From contig JAFQOO010000008.1 of assembly GCA_017403145.1 (NCBI GenBank), forward strand, positions 102,064 to 166,063: a DNA stretch of 64,000 bases, written 5' to 3'. The position numbers and the translations under genes are program-made. The notes under the pieces were generated by a model that worked only from the letters and a program-made list of their open reading frames with translations, had not been told where the DNA came from and did no database searches. Source of the DNA: Clostridia bacterium. GTDB taxonomy: Bacteria; Bacillota; Clostridia; Christensenellales; DTU072. This document shows, in pieces, positions 52,665 to 61,782 of the stretch; the first letter of the stretch is position 1, and each line of letters begins with the position of its first letter.

Positions 52665-53759
52665 ATGGAAAATATGGAAAATAAAGAAAATATTACCGTA
52701 GAAGAAAACCAAATTCTTCCCACCGAGCAAGTGGAAGAAAACCAAAATGGTAAAAAAGAAGCAGACGATAGCATCGAGAGAAACGTTCGTTTGATGTCCC
52801 CCGGTAGAATGGTTATGAGAAGATTCTTCCGCTCTAAGCTTTCTATCGTTGGTTTGGTTATGCTAGTATCACTATTCCTATTCTGTTTCTTAGGACCGGT
52901 TTGTTACACAAAATGGGAAAGTAACGAAATCGATTACTCAAATCGTGTGGAATACGCTACTACCGAAATAGAATTTGTAGACGAAAATGGTAAAACCCAA
53001 GTATTCTATCAAGTTATCGAAACCATCAAGCAACCCAACGCTTTTGCTAAGCCCTCCCTTGAACACCCCCTCGGTACCGACGGTCAAGGTTGGGATAACC
53101 TCGCTCGTTTGATGGAAGGCGGTAAAGTATCGCTCGCTATAAGCTTTATTACCGTATTTATTATTACCATATTAGGTATTATATTTGGCGGTATTGCAGG
53201 TTACTTTGGCGGTGCAGTAGATAATATCATAATGAGACTGTGCGATATTCTCATGTGTCTACCCGGCTTCCCTATCCTACTCGTTGTGGGAACGCTACTA
53301 GAAAGTATGGGCATAGCTTCACAATTCCGCATTTACTACCTGATGGGCTTCCTATCCCTAATTAGCTGGCCCGGTGTTGCTCGTCTCGTTCGTGGTCAAA
53401 TACTTTCTCTCCGTGAGCAAGAATATATGGTTGCGGCAGAAGCTATGGGTTACTCCACCATAAGAAAGATATTCAAGCACCTTATCCCCAACGTTATGCC
53501 CCAACTTATCGTTAATATGACTTTGAGCCTTGGTAGTATGATTTTGTACGAAGCATCACTATCATTCTTAGGTCTTGGTGCTACTGCCGAATTCGCAGCT
53601 TGGGGTACTATGATTAACTCCGCTAACGACCTTAACGTTCTACAAAACTACTTTAACGTTTGGGGCCCGCCCGGAATTTGCATCATCATTGCTGTTCTTG
53701 GCTTTAACTTTATCGGCGACGGTCTACGCGACGCACTCGACCCCAAAGCAAGGAGATAA
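52665..53759 (+). CDS. Oligopeptide/dipeptide ABC permease (OppC/DppC-like)
   Basis: HPLGTDGQGWDNLARL and EYMVAAEAMGYSTIRKIFKHLIPN motifs. Confidence 0.9.
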   Translation: MENMENKENITVEENQILPTEQVEENQNGKKEADDSIERNVRLMSPGRMVMRRFFRSKLSIVGLVMLVSLFLFCFLGPVCYTKWESNEIDYSNRVEYATTEIEFVDENGKTQVFYQVIETIKQPNAFAKPSLEHPLGTDGQGWDNLARLMEGGKVSLAISFITVFIITILGIIFGGIAGYFGGAVDNIIMRLCDILMCLPGFPILLVVGTLLESMGIASQFRIYYLMGFLSLISWPGVARLVRGQILSLREQEYMVAAEAMGYSTIRKIFKHLIPNVMPQLIVNMTLSLGSMILYEASLSFLGLGATAEFAAWGTMINSANDLNVLQNYFNVWGPPGICIIIAVLGFNFIGDGLRDALDPKARR

Positions 53760-53764
53760 CGGAT

Positions 53765-55159
53765 ATGGCTATTGATATAAAAAATATTACCGAAAAAATT
53801 AAGACTACCACCGATGAAATAGTGGAAATCGTCAAGAAAAAACTACAAAAGAAAAACGACGGACACTATCTTTCCGGTAAAGAAGTTCGCGCCATCGCCA
53901 AATCTAACAAAAAGGCTATGATGGCACTCGAAAAGGAAAAGAACCGCAAAAAAGCCGAACACGAATATCTCGGTGTTATGAAGGATGATAAAAACATCTT
54001 GGAAATAGATAACCTTCACACCTATTTCTATACCGACCAAGGTATCGTAAAGGCTGTTAACGGTGTTTCTATCAATATCCCCCAAAACTCTACCGTTGGT
54101 ATAGTTGGTGAGTCGGGTTGCGGTAAGAGTGTTACTTCTATGTCCGTTATGCGTTTGCTACAAGGCCCTACCGGTCAAATAGCTAGCGGTTCCATTCGCT
54201 TTAAATCCCTCGACTTTAAGCGCGACGAAGAAGGTAACCCTATTCCCATTTACGTTCGTACCAAAAACGGTAAAGTGATTTATAAGAAAAAGAAGGATAA
54301 GAAAGGCAAGTTCGTTCTAGACCAAGAAGGTAAACCCGTTTTGGTTCCCGTTCAAGCAGTTAATGAAAACGGTGTTCTTTCCTACGAAATGGAAGAAAAG
54401 GTCTTTGATATAGCAAAAATGCCCATCCACGAGGTTCACAAAATCCGCGGTAGACAAATTGCTATGATATTCCAAGAACCTATGACCTCTCTTAACCCTG
54501 TATTTACCATAGGTAATCAGCTAGACGAAGTAACCTTTATCCATACCCCCGGCGCTACTAAGGAAATGGCAAAAGCTCACTCCCTAGAAATGCTAAAGCT
54601 CGTTGGTATAGATAAATCCGACCGTGTATACAACGCCTATCCTCACGAACTATCAGGCGGTATGCGTCAACGTGTTATGATAGCTATGGCTCTTGCTTGC
54701 GACCCCAGACTAATTATCGCAGACGAACCTACCACCGCTCTAGACGTTACCATTCAAGCACAAATCCTAGACCTTCTACGCGACCTTAAACAACGTATGA
54801 ACGGTTCTATTATGCTAATTACCCACGACCTCGGTATCATAGCGGAAATGGCAGATTACGTCGTCGTTATGTATGCAGGTAGAGTTATTGAACAAGGTAC
54901 CGTTAAAGAAATATTCCATAACCCTATGCACCCCTACACTATGGGACTACAAAAATCAAAGCCAAGTATGGATACCAAGAGCGATACCCTGTTTAATATA
55001 CCCGGTAACGTACCTAACCCCGTAAATATGCCCACCCATTGCTACTTTAAGGACCGTTGCGACAAGTGCATCGCAAAATGTTCGGGAGATTATCCTTGTA
55101 TGATGCAAGTTTCCCCCACCCACTACGTAGCTTGCCACTTGTACGATAAGGAGGACTAA
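53765..55159 (+). CDS. OppD/DppD-like ABC ATPase with an N-terminal extension and an internal basic insertion
   Basis: GIVGESGCGKSV (Walker A), LSGGMRQRVMIAMAL, LIIADEPTTALD. An extra ~85 aa at the N-terminus and a K-rich insert (KNGKVIYKKKKDKKGKF). C-terminal Cys-rich oligo_HPY region. Confidence 0.85.
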   Translation: MAIDIKNITEKIKTTTDEIVEIVKKKLQKKNDGHYLSGKEVRAIAKSNKKAMMALEKEKNRKKAEHEYLGVMKDDKNILEIDNLHTYFYTDQGIVKAVNGVSINIPQNSTVGIVGESGCGKSVTSMSVMRLLQGPTGQIASGSIRFKSLDFKRDEEGNPIPIYVRTKNGKVIYKKKKDKKGKFVLDQEGKPVLVPVQAVNENGVLSYEMEEKVFDIAKMPIHEVHKIRGRQIAMIFQEPMTSLNPVFTIGNQLDEVTFIHTPGATKEMAKAHSLEMLKLVGIDKSDRVYNAYPHELSGGMRQRVMIAMALACDPRLIIADEPTTALDVTIQAQILDLLRDLKQRMNGSIMLITHDLGIIAEMADYVVVMYAGRVIEQGTVKEIFHNPMHPYTMGLQKSKPSMDTKSDTLFNIPGNVPNPVNMPTHCYFKDRCDKCIAKCSGDYPCMMQVSPTHYVACHLYDKED

Positions 55160-55160
55160 A

Positions 55161-56258
55161 ATGGAGAATATGGAAAACGTCGTTTTAGAAAACGAAAAGA
55201 GTATAGTAGAAGAAGAAGAAGAAATCAAGGAAGAAAACACCAAAAAGATAATTTTGGAAGTTAAAAATCTTCGCAAATGCTTCCCCGTTAAGAAATCTAT
55301 GACGGGCAAAGTCCTAAAAGAACTTGTTGCTGTTGATAACGTTTCGTTCACCTTGAACGCAGGCGAAACTATCGGTATAGTTGGCGAATCTGGTTGCGGT
55401 AAAACCACTCTAGGTAGAACCATTCTTAAACTCCATCAACCCTCCGGCGGTCAAATTATCTTCGACGGAGAGGATATTACAAAGTATAAGAATAAGCAAA
55501 TGAGGCATCTTCGTACCGATATGCAAATCATATTCCAAGACCCCTATTCCTCTTTGCCCCCCAGAGCTACCGTAGGCGACATCCTTTCCGAGCCCGTTAG
55601 AGTACACAATATCGTACCCAAAGAGCAAGTAAAAGATTACGTTATGGATTTGATGGAAAAATGTGGTCTTCGCGACTATTATTACGAACGTTATCCCCAC
55701 GAATTCAGCGGTGGTCAACGTCAAAGAATTTGTATTGCAAGAGCACTATCCGTTAACCCCAAGCTCGTTATTTGCGACGAGCCCGTTAGCGCACTTGACG
55801 TTTCTATCCAAGCACAAATTATCAACCTTCTACGCGACCTACAAAAGAAGCTAAATCTTACCTATCTATTTATATCTCACGATATAAGCGTAGTTAAGTT
55901 TATAAGCGACAAAATCGGCGTTATGTATTTGGGAGCTATGGTAGAGTTCGGTACCAAAAAGGATATCTTCGACAAGCCTTTACACCCCTATACCCAAGCA
56001 CTATTTAGCGCTATACCCAATCCTAACCCCGACGTCAAAATGAATCGTATAGTTCTAAAAGGCGATATCCCCTCTCCCGTAAATCCTCCGAGCGGATGTC
56101 GTTTCCATACCCGTTGCCCCCACGCAACCGAACGTTGCGCCCAAGAAGCGCCCGCTTTTAAAAACTACGACGGACATTATTGCGCTTGCCACCTAGTAGA
56201 CGAGCAATATAACGGAAAGGTAGAGGAAGAAGTAGAAAATGAGCAAAAAGAAGACTAA
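55161..56258 (+). CDS. OppF/DppF-like ABC ATPase
   Basis: GIVGESGCGKTT, FSGGQRQRICIARAL, LVICDEPVSALD. C-terminal GCRFHTRCPHATERC. Confidence 0.9.
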   Translation: MENMENVVLENEKSIVEEEEEIKEENTKKIILEVKNLRKCFPVKKSMTGKVLKELVAVDNVSFTLNAGETIGIVGESGCGKTTLGRTILKLHQPSGGQIIFDGEDITKYKNKQMRHLRTDMQIIFQDPYSSLPPRATVGDILSEPVRVHNIVPKEQVKDYVMDLMEKCGLRDYYYERYPHEFSGGQRQRICIARALSVNPKLVICDEPVSALDVSIQAQIINLLRDLQKKLNLTYLFISHDISVVKFISDKIGVMYLGAMVEFGTKKDIFDKPLHPYTQALFSAIPNPNPDVKMNRIVLKGDIPSPVNPPSGCRFHTRCPHATERCAQEAPAFKNYDGHYCACHLVDEQYNGKVEEEVENEQKED

Positions 56259-56535
56259 GCACGCAAACAAAGAGAAAGCTAAAAAGGAGAAAATCGTATA
56301 TATTGACGATGGTAGTACCGTCGTTGATATGAGCGGAACGATACGAGGCTCTAAAAAGCCCCAAAACGCGCCGAAAGACCCCGTAACAGGTTCTCCTATA
56401 GGAAACAGCTTCAAAGACCAAGTAAGGACCTATTTTCAAGCTGTAAAGCAAAATTTGGTTCCTATGTTCGTGGTTATACTTGGTATATGCGTAATATTCG
56501 GTGTAATGTATCTTATATTGGAACTTGCCTCTTAA
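56239..56535 (+). CDS. Small basic protein with a C-terminal TM helix (98 aa)
   Basis: Overlaps oppF-like by 20 nt. K-rich N-terminus; TM segment LVPMFVVILGICVIFGVMYLIL. Followed by a terminator. Confidence 0.5.
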   Translation: MSKKKTKHANKEKAKKEKIVYIDDGSTVVDMSGTIRGSKKPQNAPKDPVTGSPIGNSFKDQVRTYFQAVKQNLVPMFVVILGICVIFGVMYLILELAS

Positions 56536-56940
56536 AAACACTTTTATTTAGATGCTAGACAAGATAAATGAAGAACCCCTAAAGGTTGCTGCAGTGGACC
56601 GACTGCGCCCTAAAGGGGTTTTTGTTTTATGAAGTCATTTGCTAAAAGCGCGGTATTATCTAATACGTATATGTGGTGCCTCTTAAAAACACGCTAGTTT
56701 GGATGAAGAACGAGTAAAACAATAAAAGCCACTTGACGGGACTTTACTACGAGGTAAACGACCGAAAGTGGCTTTTGTTTTATGAAGTTGTTCGCCATAG
56801 TATCCTTATCGTTCAGTTTATCTTTTCTCTTCACCTATGTTAGACCTCTTAAAAACGCGCTAGTTTGGATGCTAGGCGAAGGAAAAGAAAAAAACCGAGG
56901 GGTTGCTGTACTACTAAGTACTGCGCCCCAACGGCTTTTT
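56528..56940 (+). repeat. Three tandem units of about 150-165 bp, each a conserved box followed by a terminator-like hairpin
   Basis: The box CCTCTTAAAAAC(A/G)C...(T)TT(A/G)GATG occurs at 56528, 56679 and 56845. Hairpins with T tracts lie at 56576-56629, 56727-56780 and 56895-40. Units 1 and 2 also share TTTTGTTTTATGAAGT. Confidence 0.6.
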
Positions 56941-56975
56941 ACTTTTTCAATGAATAGCGCCAAAATAGCGCGTTT

Positions 56976-59390
56976 TTACCTGTTTTTGGGAAGGAATCCT
57001 CTAAATATCTTCCCTAACCCACCTTTGACACCATTACAGCAATCTAGGATACCTTCTACGGTATAGGGAGAAACGATGCCACCGGTCCAACCGGAGAAAG
57101 CACGGAGAGGTAGGTCTTTAACGGATTGAGTAATCATTTCGGGGTTCTCGGCACCAATAGCTACAAGTTTTGCTGCATTTGTCAACAATAGGTACATACC
57201 GTTACCAAATGCGCTGGGACGAAGTTGTGAAATAGTGTTGTTGATAGTAAAGGAGCCTTTTTCGAAAGGAGCATTGCCGGGGAGTTCTTTACCATATACT
57301 GCTTGGAACTCTTCTTCCTTTACTTCGGTTGCGGTTGCTAGGTTGTAGTATACGGGAGCAACTGCACTATAATCGGGAACTTCTACGTCGGCTTTAGCAC
57401 CGGTTACGTTTACTTCGCTTTCTAGCTTGATATCTCTTGAAGAAGCGCCTACCAAAATCTTATATGCACCGCTTTCTACGTGCCAATCGTTAATATTAAC
57501 GTTGTAGTATGCGTATGCACGAGAATCTAGAGTAATATTTACTTCCTTCTCTTCGCCTGCTTTCAAGAATACCTTTGCGAAACCTTTTAGTTCTTTTTGG
57601 GCTTTGTAAATCTTGGATTCGGGAGCCGAAACATAAACTTGTGCTACTTCTGCACCATCTCTTTCGCCTACGTTCTTAATCTTGAATGATACTACTAAAT
57701 CTTCGCCCTCGTTAATTGCGGAAGCGGAAAGCTTAATATCACTATATTCAAAGTTCGTATAGCTCAAGCCATAACCGAAGGGATAACGTACGTCTTTACC
57801 TGCGGTATCAAAGTAACGATATCCAATATAAATAGATTCGCGGTGTTCAACAGAGCGCGGTCCCATTTGATAGTATGCACTAGAAAGTGCGTCTTCGTTT
57901 GCGATGGGATAGGTTTCTGCAAGTTTACCGCTGGGGTTAACTGCTCCATATACTAGGTCAAGAGTTGCTTCTCCACCTGCTTGTCCGGTAAGATACATAT
58001 TAAGAATACTCTTAACCTTATCCGCCCAATCACCTATAACAACGGGTGAACCACCGGAAATAATTACTATTACGTTTTGGTTTACCTTCAAAATTTCGTT
58101 GATAAGGGTTACGTGGCTAGAAGGCATTTCCATATGTCTTCTATCAAAGCCTTCACTTTCATAAGCAGCGGTTAGTCCTACGAATACGAGAACTGCATCC
58201 TTGCCTTTTGATGCTTCAACAGCTTTGTTGATAAGCTTTTCATTGTATCCATCGCCCTTCAAAGAATAACCAGCAGAATAAGTATATTTCTTACCTGCCT
58301 CGTCAAGAGCATCGGTAAAGGATACCGTCTTGGGACAGTTGATATGGCTTGAACCTGCGCCTTGATAACGAAGTTCTTTTGCAAGAGTACCTATAACTGC
58401 TATGTTCTCGTTACCACTTAGAGGTAGTCCGCCATCGTTCTTTAGAAGAACTGCACCGTTTGCGGCAGCCTTTCTAGCAAGAGCGTGATGTTTAGCAAAA
58501 TCGATGTCTCCCGTGCTCTCGTTGGGTTTAGCTTCAATGGCAAACTTGATAAGACGAAGTACGACTTTATCAAGGTCTTCCATCGATAGTTCGCCTGCCT
58601 TAACAGCCTTGACTATCTTACGGTCGTTCATACCACCGTTGCCGGGCATTTCGAGGTCGTTACCTGCCTTAACACCCTCTACTCTATCGTTTATGCCACC
58701 CCAATCGGATACTACCATTCCTTCAAAGCCCCATTCGCCACGAAGTACGTCGGTAAGTAAACGTTTGTTTTCTGCCATATAAGTTCCGTTAACGCGGTTA
58801 TAAGAACTCATAATGGTCTTGGGTTGTTCTTTTTTAACGATATATTCAAATGCGGAAAGATAAATTTCGCGGAGTGCTCTTTCATCAACAATCGTATCGA
58901 TGCTCATACGGTCGTGCTCTTGGTTGTTTGCACAAAAGTGTTTTACGCTAACGCCAATACCATTCTTTTGTACACCGTGAACGTAGCTTGCACCAAGTCT
59001 TCCTGCTAGGAATGGGTCTTCTGCAATATACTCGAAGTTTCTACCACATAGAGGACTTCTCTTCATATTTATTCCAGGTCCTAATACGGTAGTAACACCC
59101 AAACACTTTGCTTCTTCTGCAATAGCATTACCAACTTCTTCAAGTAATTCTACGTCCCAGCTTGAGCCGGTAGTTACAGCTGTGGGAAAACAGGTTGCCG
59201 TTTCAGCTGGTCTCATAATATTGGTACCGGCTGATGCCTTTTCCTTACGGAGTCCGTGAGGACCATCGCTCATCCATACGGAAGGAACCTTGTCTTCTAT
59301 TTCTTTAGTGAGCCAAAAAGTCTTACCGGAACACAAAGAAGCTTTTTCTTCAAGAGTGAGAGAATTTAGTATTTCTACGTATTTATCCAT
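56976..59390 (-). CDS. Glycoside hydrolase family 3 beta-glucosidase/xylosidase-like enzyme
   Basis: GH3 motifs: MSDGPHGLRK, KHFCANNQEHDRM, VVSDWGG (nucleophile region), C-terminal Fn3-like domain. Start set at the ATG at 59390 (MDKYVEIL) with GGAGG upstream. The track GTG at 59402 lies in the RBS. Confidence 0.9.
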   Translation of the reverse strand: MDKYVEILNSLTLEEKASLCSGKTFWLTKEIEDKVPSVWMSDGPHGLRKEKASAGTNIMRPAETATCFPTAVTTGSSWDVELLEEVGNAIAEEAKCLGVTTVLGPGINMKRSPLCGRNFEYIAEDPFLAGRLGASYVHGVQKNGIGVSVKHFCANNQEHDRMSIDTIVDERALREIYLSAFEYIVKKEQPKTIMSSYNRVNGTYMAENKRLLTDVLRGEWGFEGMVVSDWGGINDRVEGVKAGNDLEMPGNGGMNDRKIVKAVKAGELSMEDLDKVVLRLIKFAIEAKPNESTGDIDFAKHHALARKAAANGAVLLKNDGGLPLSGNENIAVIGTLAKELRYQGAGSSHINCPKTVSFTDALDEAGKKYTYSAGYSLKGDGYNEKLINKAVEASKGKDAVLVFVGLTAAYESEGFDRRHMEMPSSHVTLINEILKVNQNVIVIISGGSPVVIGDWADKVKSILNMYLTGQAGGEATLDLVYGAVNPSGKLAETYPIANEDALSSAYYQMGPRSVEHRESIYIGYRYFDTAGKDVRYPFGYGLSYTNFEYSDIKLSASAINEGEDLVVSFKIKNVGERDGAEVAQVYVSAPESKIYKAQKELKGFAKVFLKAGEEKEVNITLDSRAYAYYNVNINDWHVESGAYKILVGASSRDIKLESEVNVTGAKADVEVPDYSAVAPVYYNLATATEVKEEEFQAVYGKELPGNAPFEKGSFTINNTISQLRPSAFGNGMYLLLTNAAKLVAIGAENPEMITQSVKDLPLRAFSGWTGGIVSPYTVEGILDCCNGVKGGLGKIFRGFLPKNR

Positions 59391-59693
59391 TTCAACCTCC
59401 ACGATTGTATTTTTTCTTTCCGCGCATACGTACGCATTATAATTTATTATAATATAGGTATCAATTTAAGTCAATAGCCGATTTTTTTAACTTTTCCTAT
59501 TTTTTACACGTAGATATTTTCTTCTGTTTTTTACTATTTCATTATATGTTTTTATTTGTTTGCTTGCTTTTTTTATTATTTGTTTTTTTGGATATCTTTT
59601 ATTCAAATTAAGGATACCTAAATTAGCAAATTTAATCATATTCCATTATATATAGAATACACTTTTTAGAGCAAAATTTATTTTTATACCGTA

Positions 59694-59722
59694 TTGACTA
59701 CGTTATACTTTAGTGCTATACT
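59694..59722 (+). promoter_or_regulatory. Sigma-A promoter of the lipase-like gene
   Basis: TTGACT (59694-59699), 17 nt, TATACT (59717-59722). Confidence 0.5.
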
Positions 59723-59750
59723 AAAGTATATCTTTGTTTTGGAGTGGATT

Positions 59751-61061
59751 ATGAAAAGATTAGCTTTAACCGTTGTTATCGTTTTGCTCGCAGTTTGTTG
59801 TGGACTAGGCGGAGCCGTTGCCATCAATAAGCTTTTCCCTAGTGAAGAAACTATAGATTTCGCTTGGGATAAGATTAGAGTAGCAGACGAAAGTTTGTAC
59901 CCCGATAATTTTGAATATATAGACTATGCAGAAGAGGTTAAGTTCGATTACGAAAAATATCCTCTACTAAAAAATCAAGGTCTTTTCTGGTGCAGATGGG
60001 ACGACGAAGCTAATATGATTATAAAGGTTGATGCAACTACTCCCGAAGGCGCATCTATCGTTGACCCAAATAAACCCACTATCATAAATATACACGGTAT
60101 GCTTAACGAAGGATACTTTATGGAAGAAATGTATTGGGCACCCCCTACCAACGCTACCGCCGAAGAGCTTGGTTATGAGTATCCCGTTCAAATGTTCCAA
60201 TTTTGGATGGATAAAGGCTATAACGTAGGTATGTATAGCTATCAAAAATTTGCATCCGAGGAATTTAGCTATCACTTTATAGAAGAAAAAATGTGGGCTA
60301 CCGATGGTCCTACCGGTATCCGTTATCAAAAACCCGACCGCTCGTTTGACGAAGACGTTTCCGAGTATACTATTACCGAGCACTTTGCCGCAGATTATAT
60401 TAGAGCTATGAGACTTCTTCCCGATAACTTTGGCGACAAGGAAATAAGATTTGCAGCACACTCTATGGGTGGTCAAATGCTTAACGGTGGTACCTTCCTA
60501 CTAACCGAGCTTGCTTCCGTTGGTCAATTGAATCCCAACCAACTTCCCGATAGAATAACTATGGAAGATACCTTCTTTGGTATTGCTATTCCTTCCGGCG
60601 ATACTTATAATTTTGCAGGATACACCGACCTTACCGTTAGATGGAGTGGTAAAAAGTTACCTATCAGTACCGGTTTTGCATCCGTTGAATGTATGAAAGA
60701 CCTTGCCGCAAACGGTATAGTCGTTGAATTTGTTACCTATGAAGGAAGCGCACTACTCGCATTCTATCATCCAGATATTACTAAAACCATAAAAGAAATT
60801 AGTGTATTCGTTTTGATGCAACCTTACTTTACTGCCGATGGTGGCGGACAACATAACGGTGTAAGAGAATATTATTTGAGTTCTATCATTCGCGATTACG
60901 AAGGTGAAGGTTTAACCGACGAAGAAAAGATAGCTTTTAGTGCATCTTTACCTACTGAAGAGCTTAAAAACTATATTGGAAGAAGCTTCAAGATAGTAGA
61001 AGGTGGTACAACTCTAATGACCTACGACGACGTATTCGTAGAAATCACCGACAAAAAATAA
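59751..61061 (+). CDS. Secreted or membrane-anchored alpha/beta-hydrolase (lipase/esterase-like)
   Basis: Start at the ATG at 59751 (MKRLALTVVIVLLAVCC..., signal-like, GGAG upstream). Nucleophile-elbow motif AAHSMGGQ. Confidence 0.65.
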   Translation: MKRLALTVVIVLLAVCCGLGGAVAINKLFPSEETIDFAWDKIRVADESLYPDNFEYIDYAEEVKFDYEKYPLLKNQGLFWCRWDDEANMIIKVDATTPEGASIVDPNKPTIINIHGMLNEGYFMEEMYWAPPTNATAEELGYEYPVQMFQFWMDKGYNVGMYSYQKFASEEFSYHFIEEKMWATDGPTGIRYQKPDRSFDEDVSEYTITEHFAADYIRAMRLLPDNFGDKEIRFAAHSMGGQMLNGGTFLLTELASVGQLNPNQLPDRITMEDTFFGIAIPSGDTYNFAGYTDLTVRWSGKKLPISTGFASVECMKDLAANGIVVEFVTYEGSALLAFYHPDITKTIKEISVFVLMQPYFTADGGGQHNGVREYYLSSIIRDYEGEGLTDEEKIAFSASLPTEELKNYIGRSFKIVEGGTTLMTYDDVFVEITDKK

Positions 61062-61064
61062 ATT

Positions 61065-61730
61065 ATGAAAAAAACTTTAATTTGTATAGGTGGTGGAGAA
61101 ATCCGCTCTAAAGAAACCTTAAAAATTGACGAACAAATTGCCTTTTTAGCAAAGGAACGTGCAGGAGAAAATAGAGCAGTCTCGGTATTTGTCGGGACTG
61201 CTTCTCACGATTCCCTACCATATTTCAATTCTTTTCGTAAAACCTATACTTCGAATTTTGATATAAAAGCCGACCTTGCTCTTCTTACCAAAAAGGATAT
61301 TCCTATGGAAAAAATAAAGGGTAAGCTAGAAAAAGCCGACCTTATTTACGTTGGTGGCGGAAACACTATTTTTATGCTGGACGTTTGGCGTAAAACGGGC
61401 TTTTTAGATATGCTTTTAGATGCTTATAATCGTGGTGTTATAATCGCCGGTCTATCCGCAGGCGCTATATGTTGGTTTGAAAATATGTATACCGATTCTA
61501 TAGAGGGTTCTAAGTACGGAGTAGAAAAAGGGTTAGGTATTTTGAAAGGAATTATGAGTCCTCATTATAACGAACGTCCCGAGTTTGACGACGTAGCAAA
61601 AAATTATCCTATTGCTTATGCGATAGAAAACAATAGCGCCATAGTTTTCGAGGACGGAGTTTTTGTAAAAACACTTACTTCAGGTGGTAATTCTTATCTA
61701 TTAAAAGAGGGTAATAGAGTTAAACTATAA
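61065..61730 (+). CDS. Peptidase S51 (PepE/cyanophycinase-like dipeptidase)
   Basis: LIYVGGGNTIFML and VIIAGLSAGAICWFE (the Ser nucleophile region) match the S51 family pattern. Confidence 0.75.
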   Translation: MKKTLICIGGGEIRSKETLKIDEQIAFLAKERAGENRAVSVFVGTASHDSLPYFNSFRKTYTSNFDIKADLALLTKKDIPMEKIKGKLEKADLIYVGGGNTIFMLDVWRKTGFLDMLLDAYNRGVIIAGLSAGAICWFENMYTDSIEGSKYGVEKGLGILKGIMSPHYNERPEFDDVAKNYPIAYAIENNSAIVFEDGVFVKTLTSGGNSYLLKEGNRVKL

Positions 61731-61744
61731 ACCTTTCTTTTCCC

Positions 61745-61773
61745 TTGAAATATTATATTATTTATGTTATAAT
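61745..61773 (+). promoter_or_regulatory. Sigma-A promoter immediately upstream of dnaA
   Basis: TTGAAA (61745-61750), 17 nt, TGtTATAAT (extended -10, 61765-61773). The -10 ends only 9 nt before the dnaA ATG, and no Shine-Dalgarno sequence is visible. Confidence 0.5.
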
Positions 61774-61782
61774 ATCTATACT

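Noticed and set aside
56782-57066. 94-aa plus-strand ORF
   Set aside because: It starts inside tandem-repeat unit 2, runs through terminator hairpins, and overlaps the 3' end of the convergent GH3 gene. The equivalent frame in unit 1 stops after 22 codons, so the coding frame is not conserved between the repeats.
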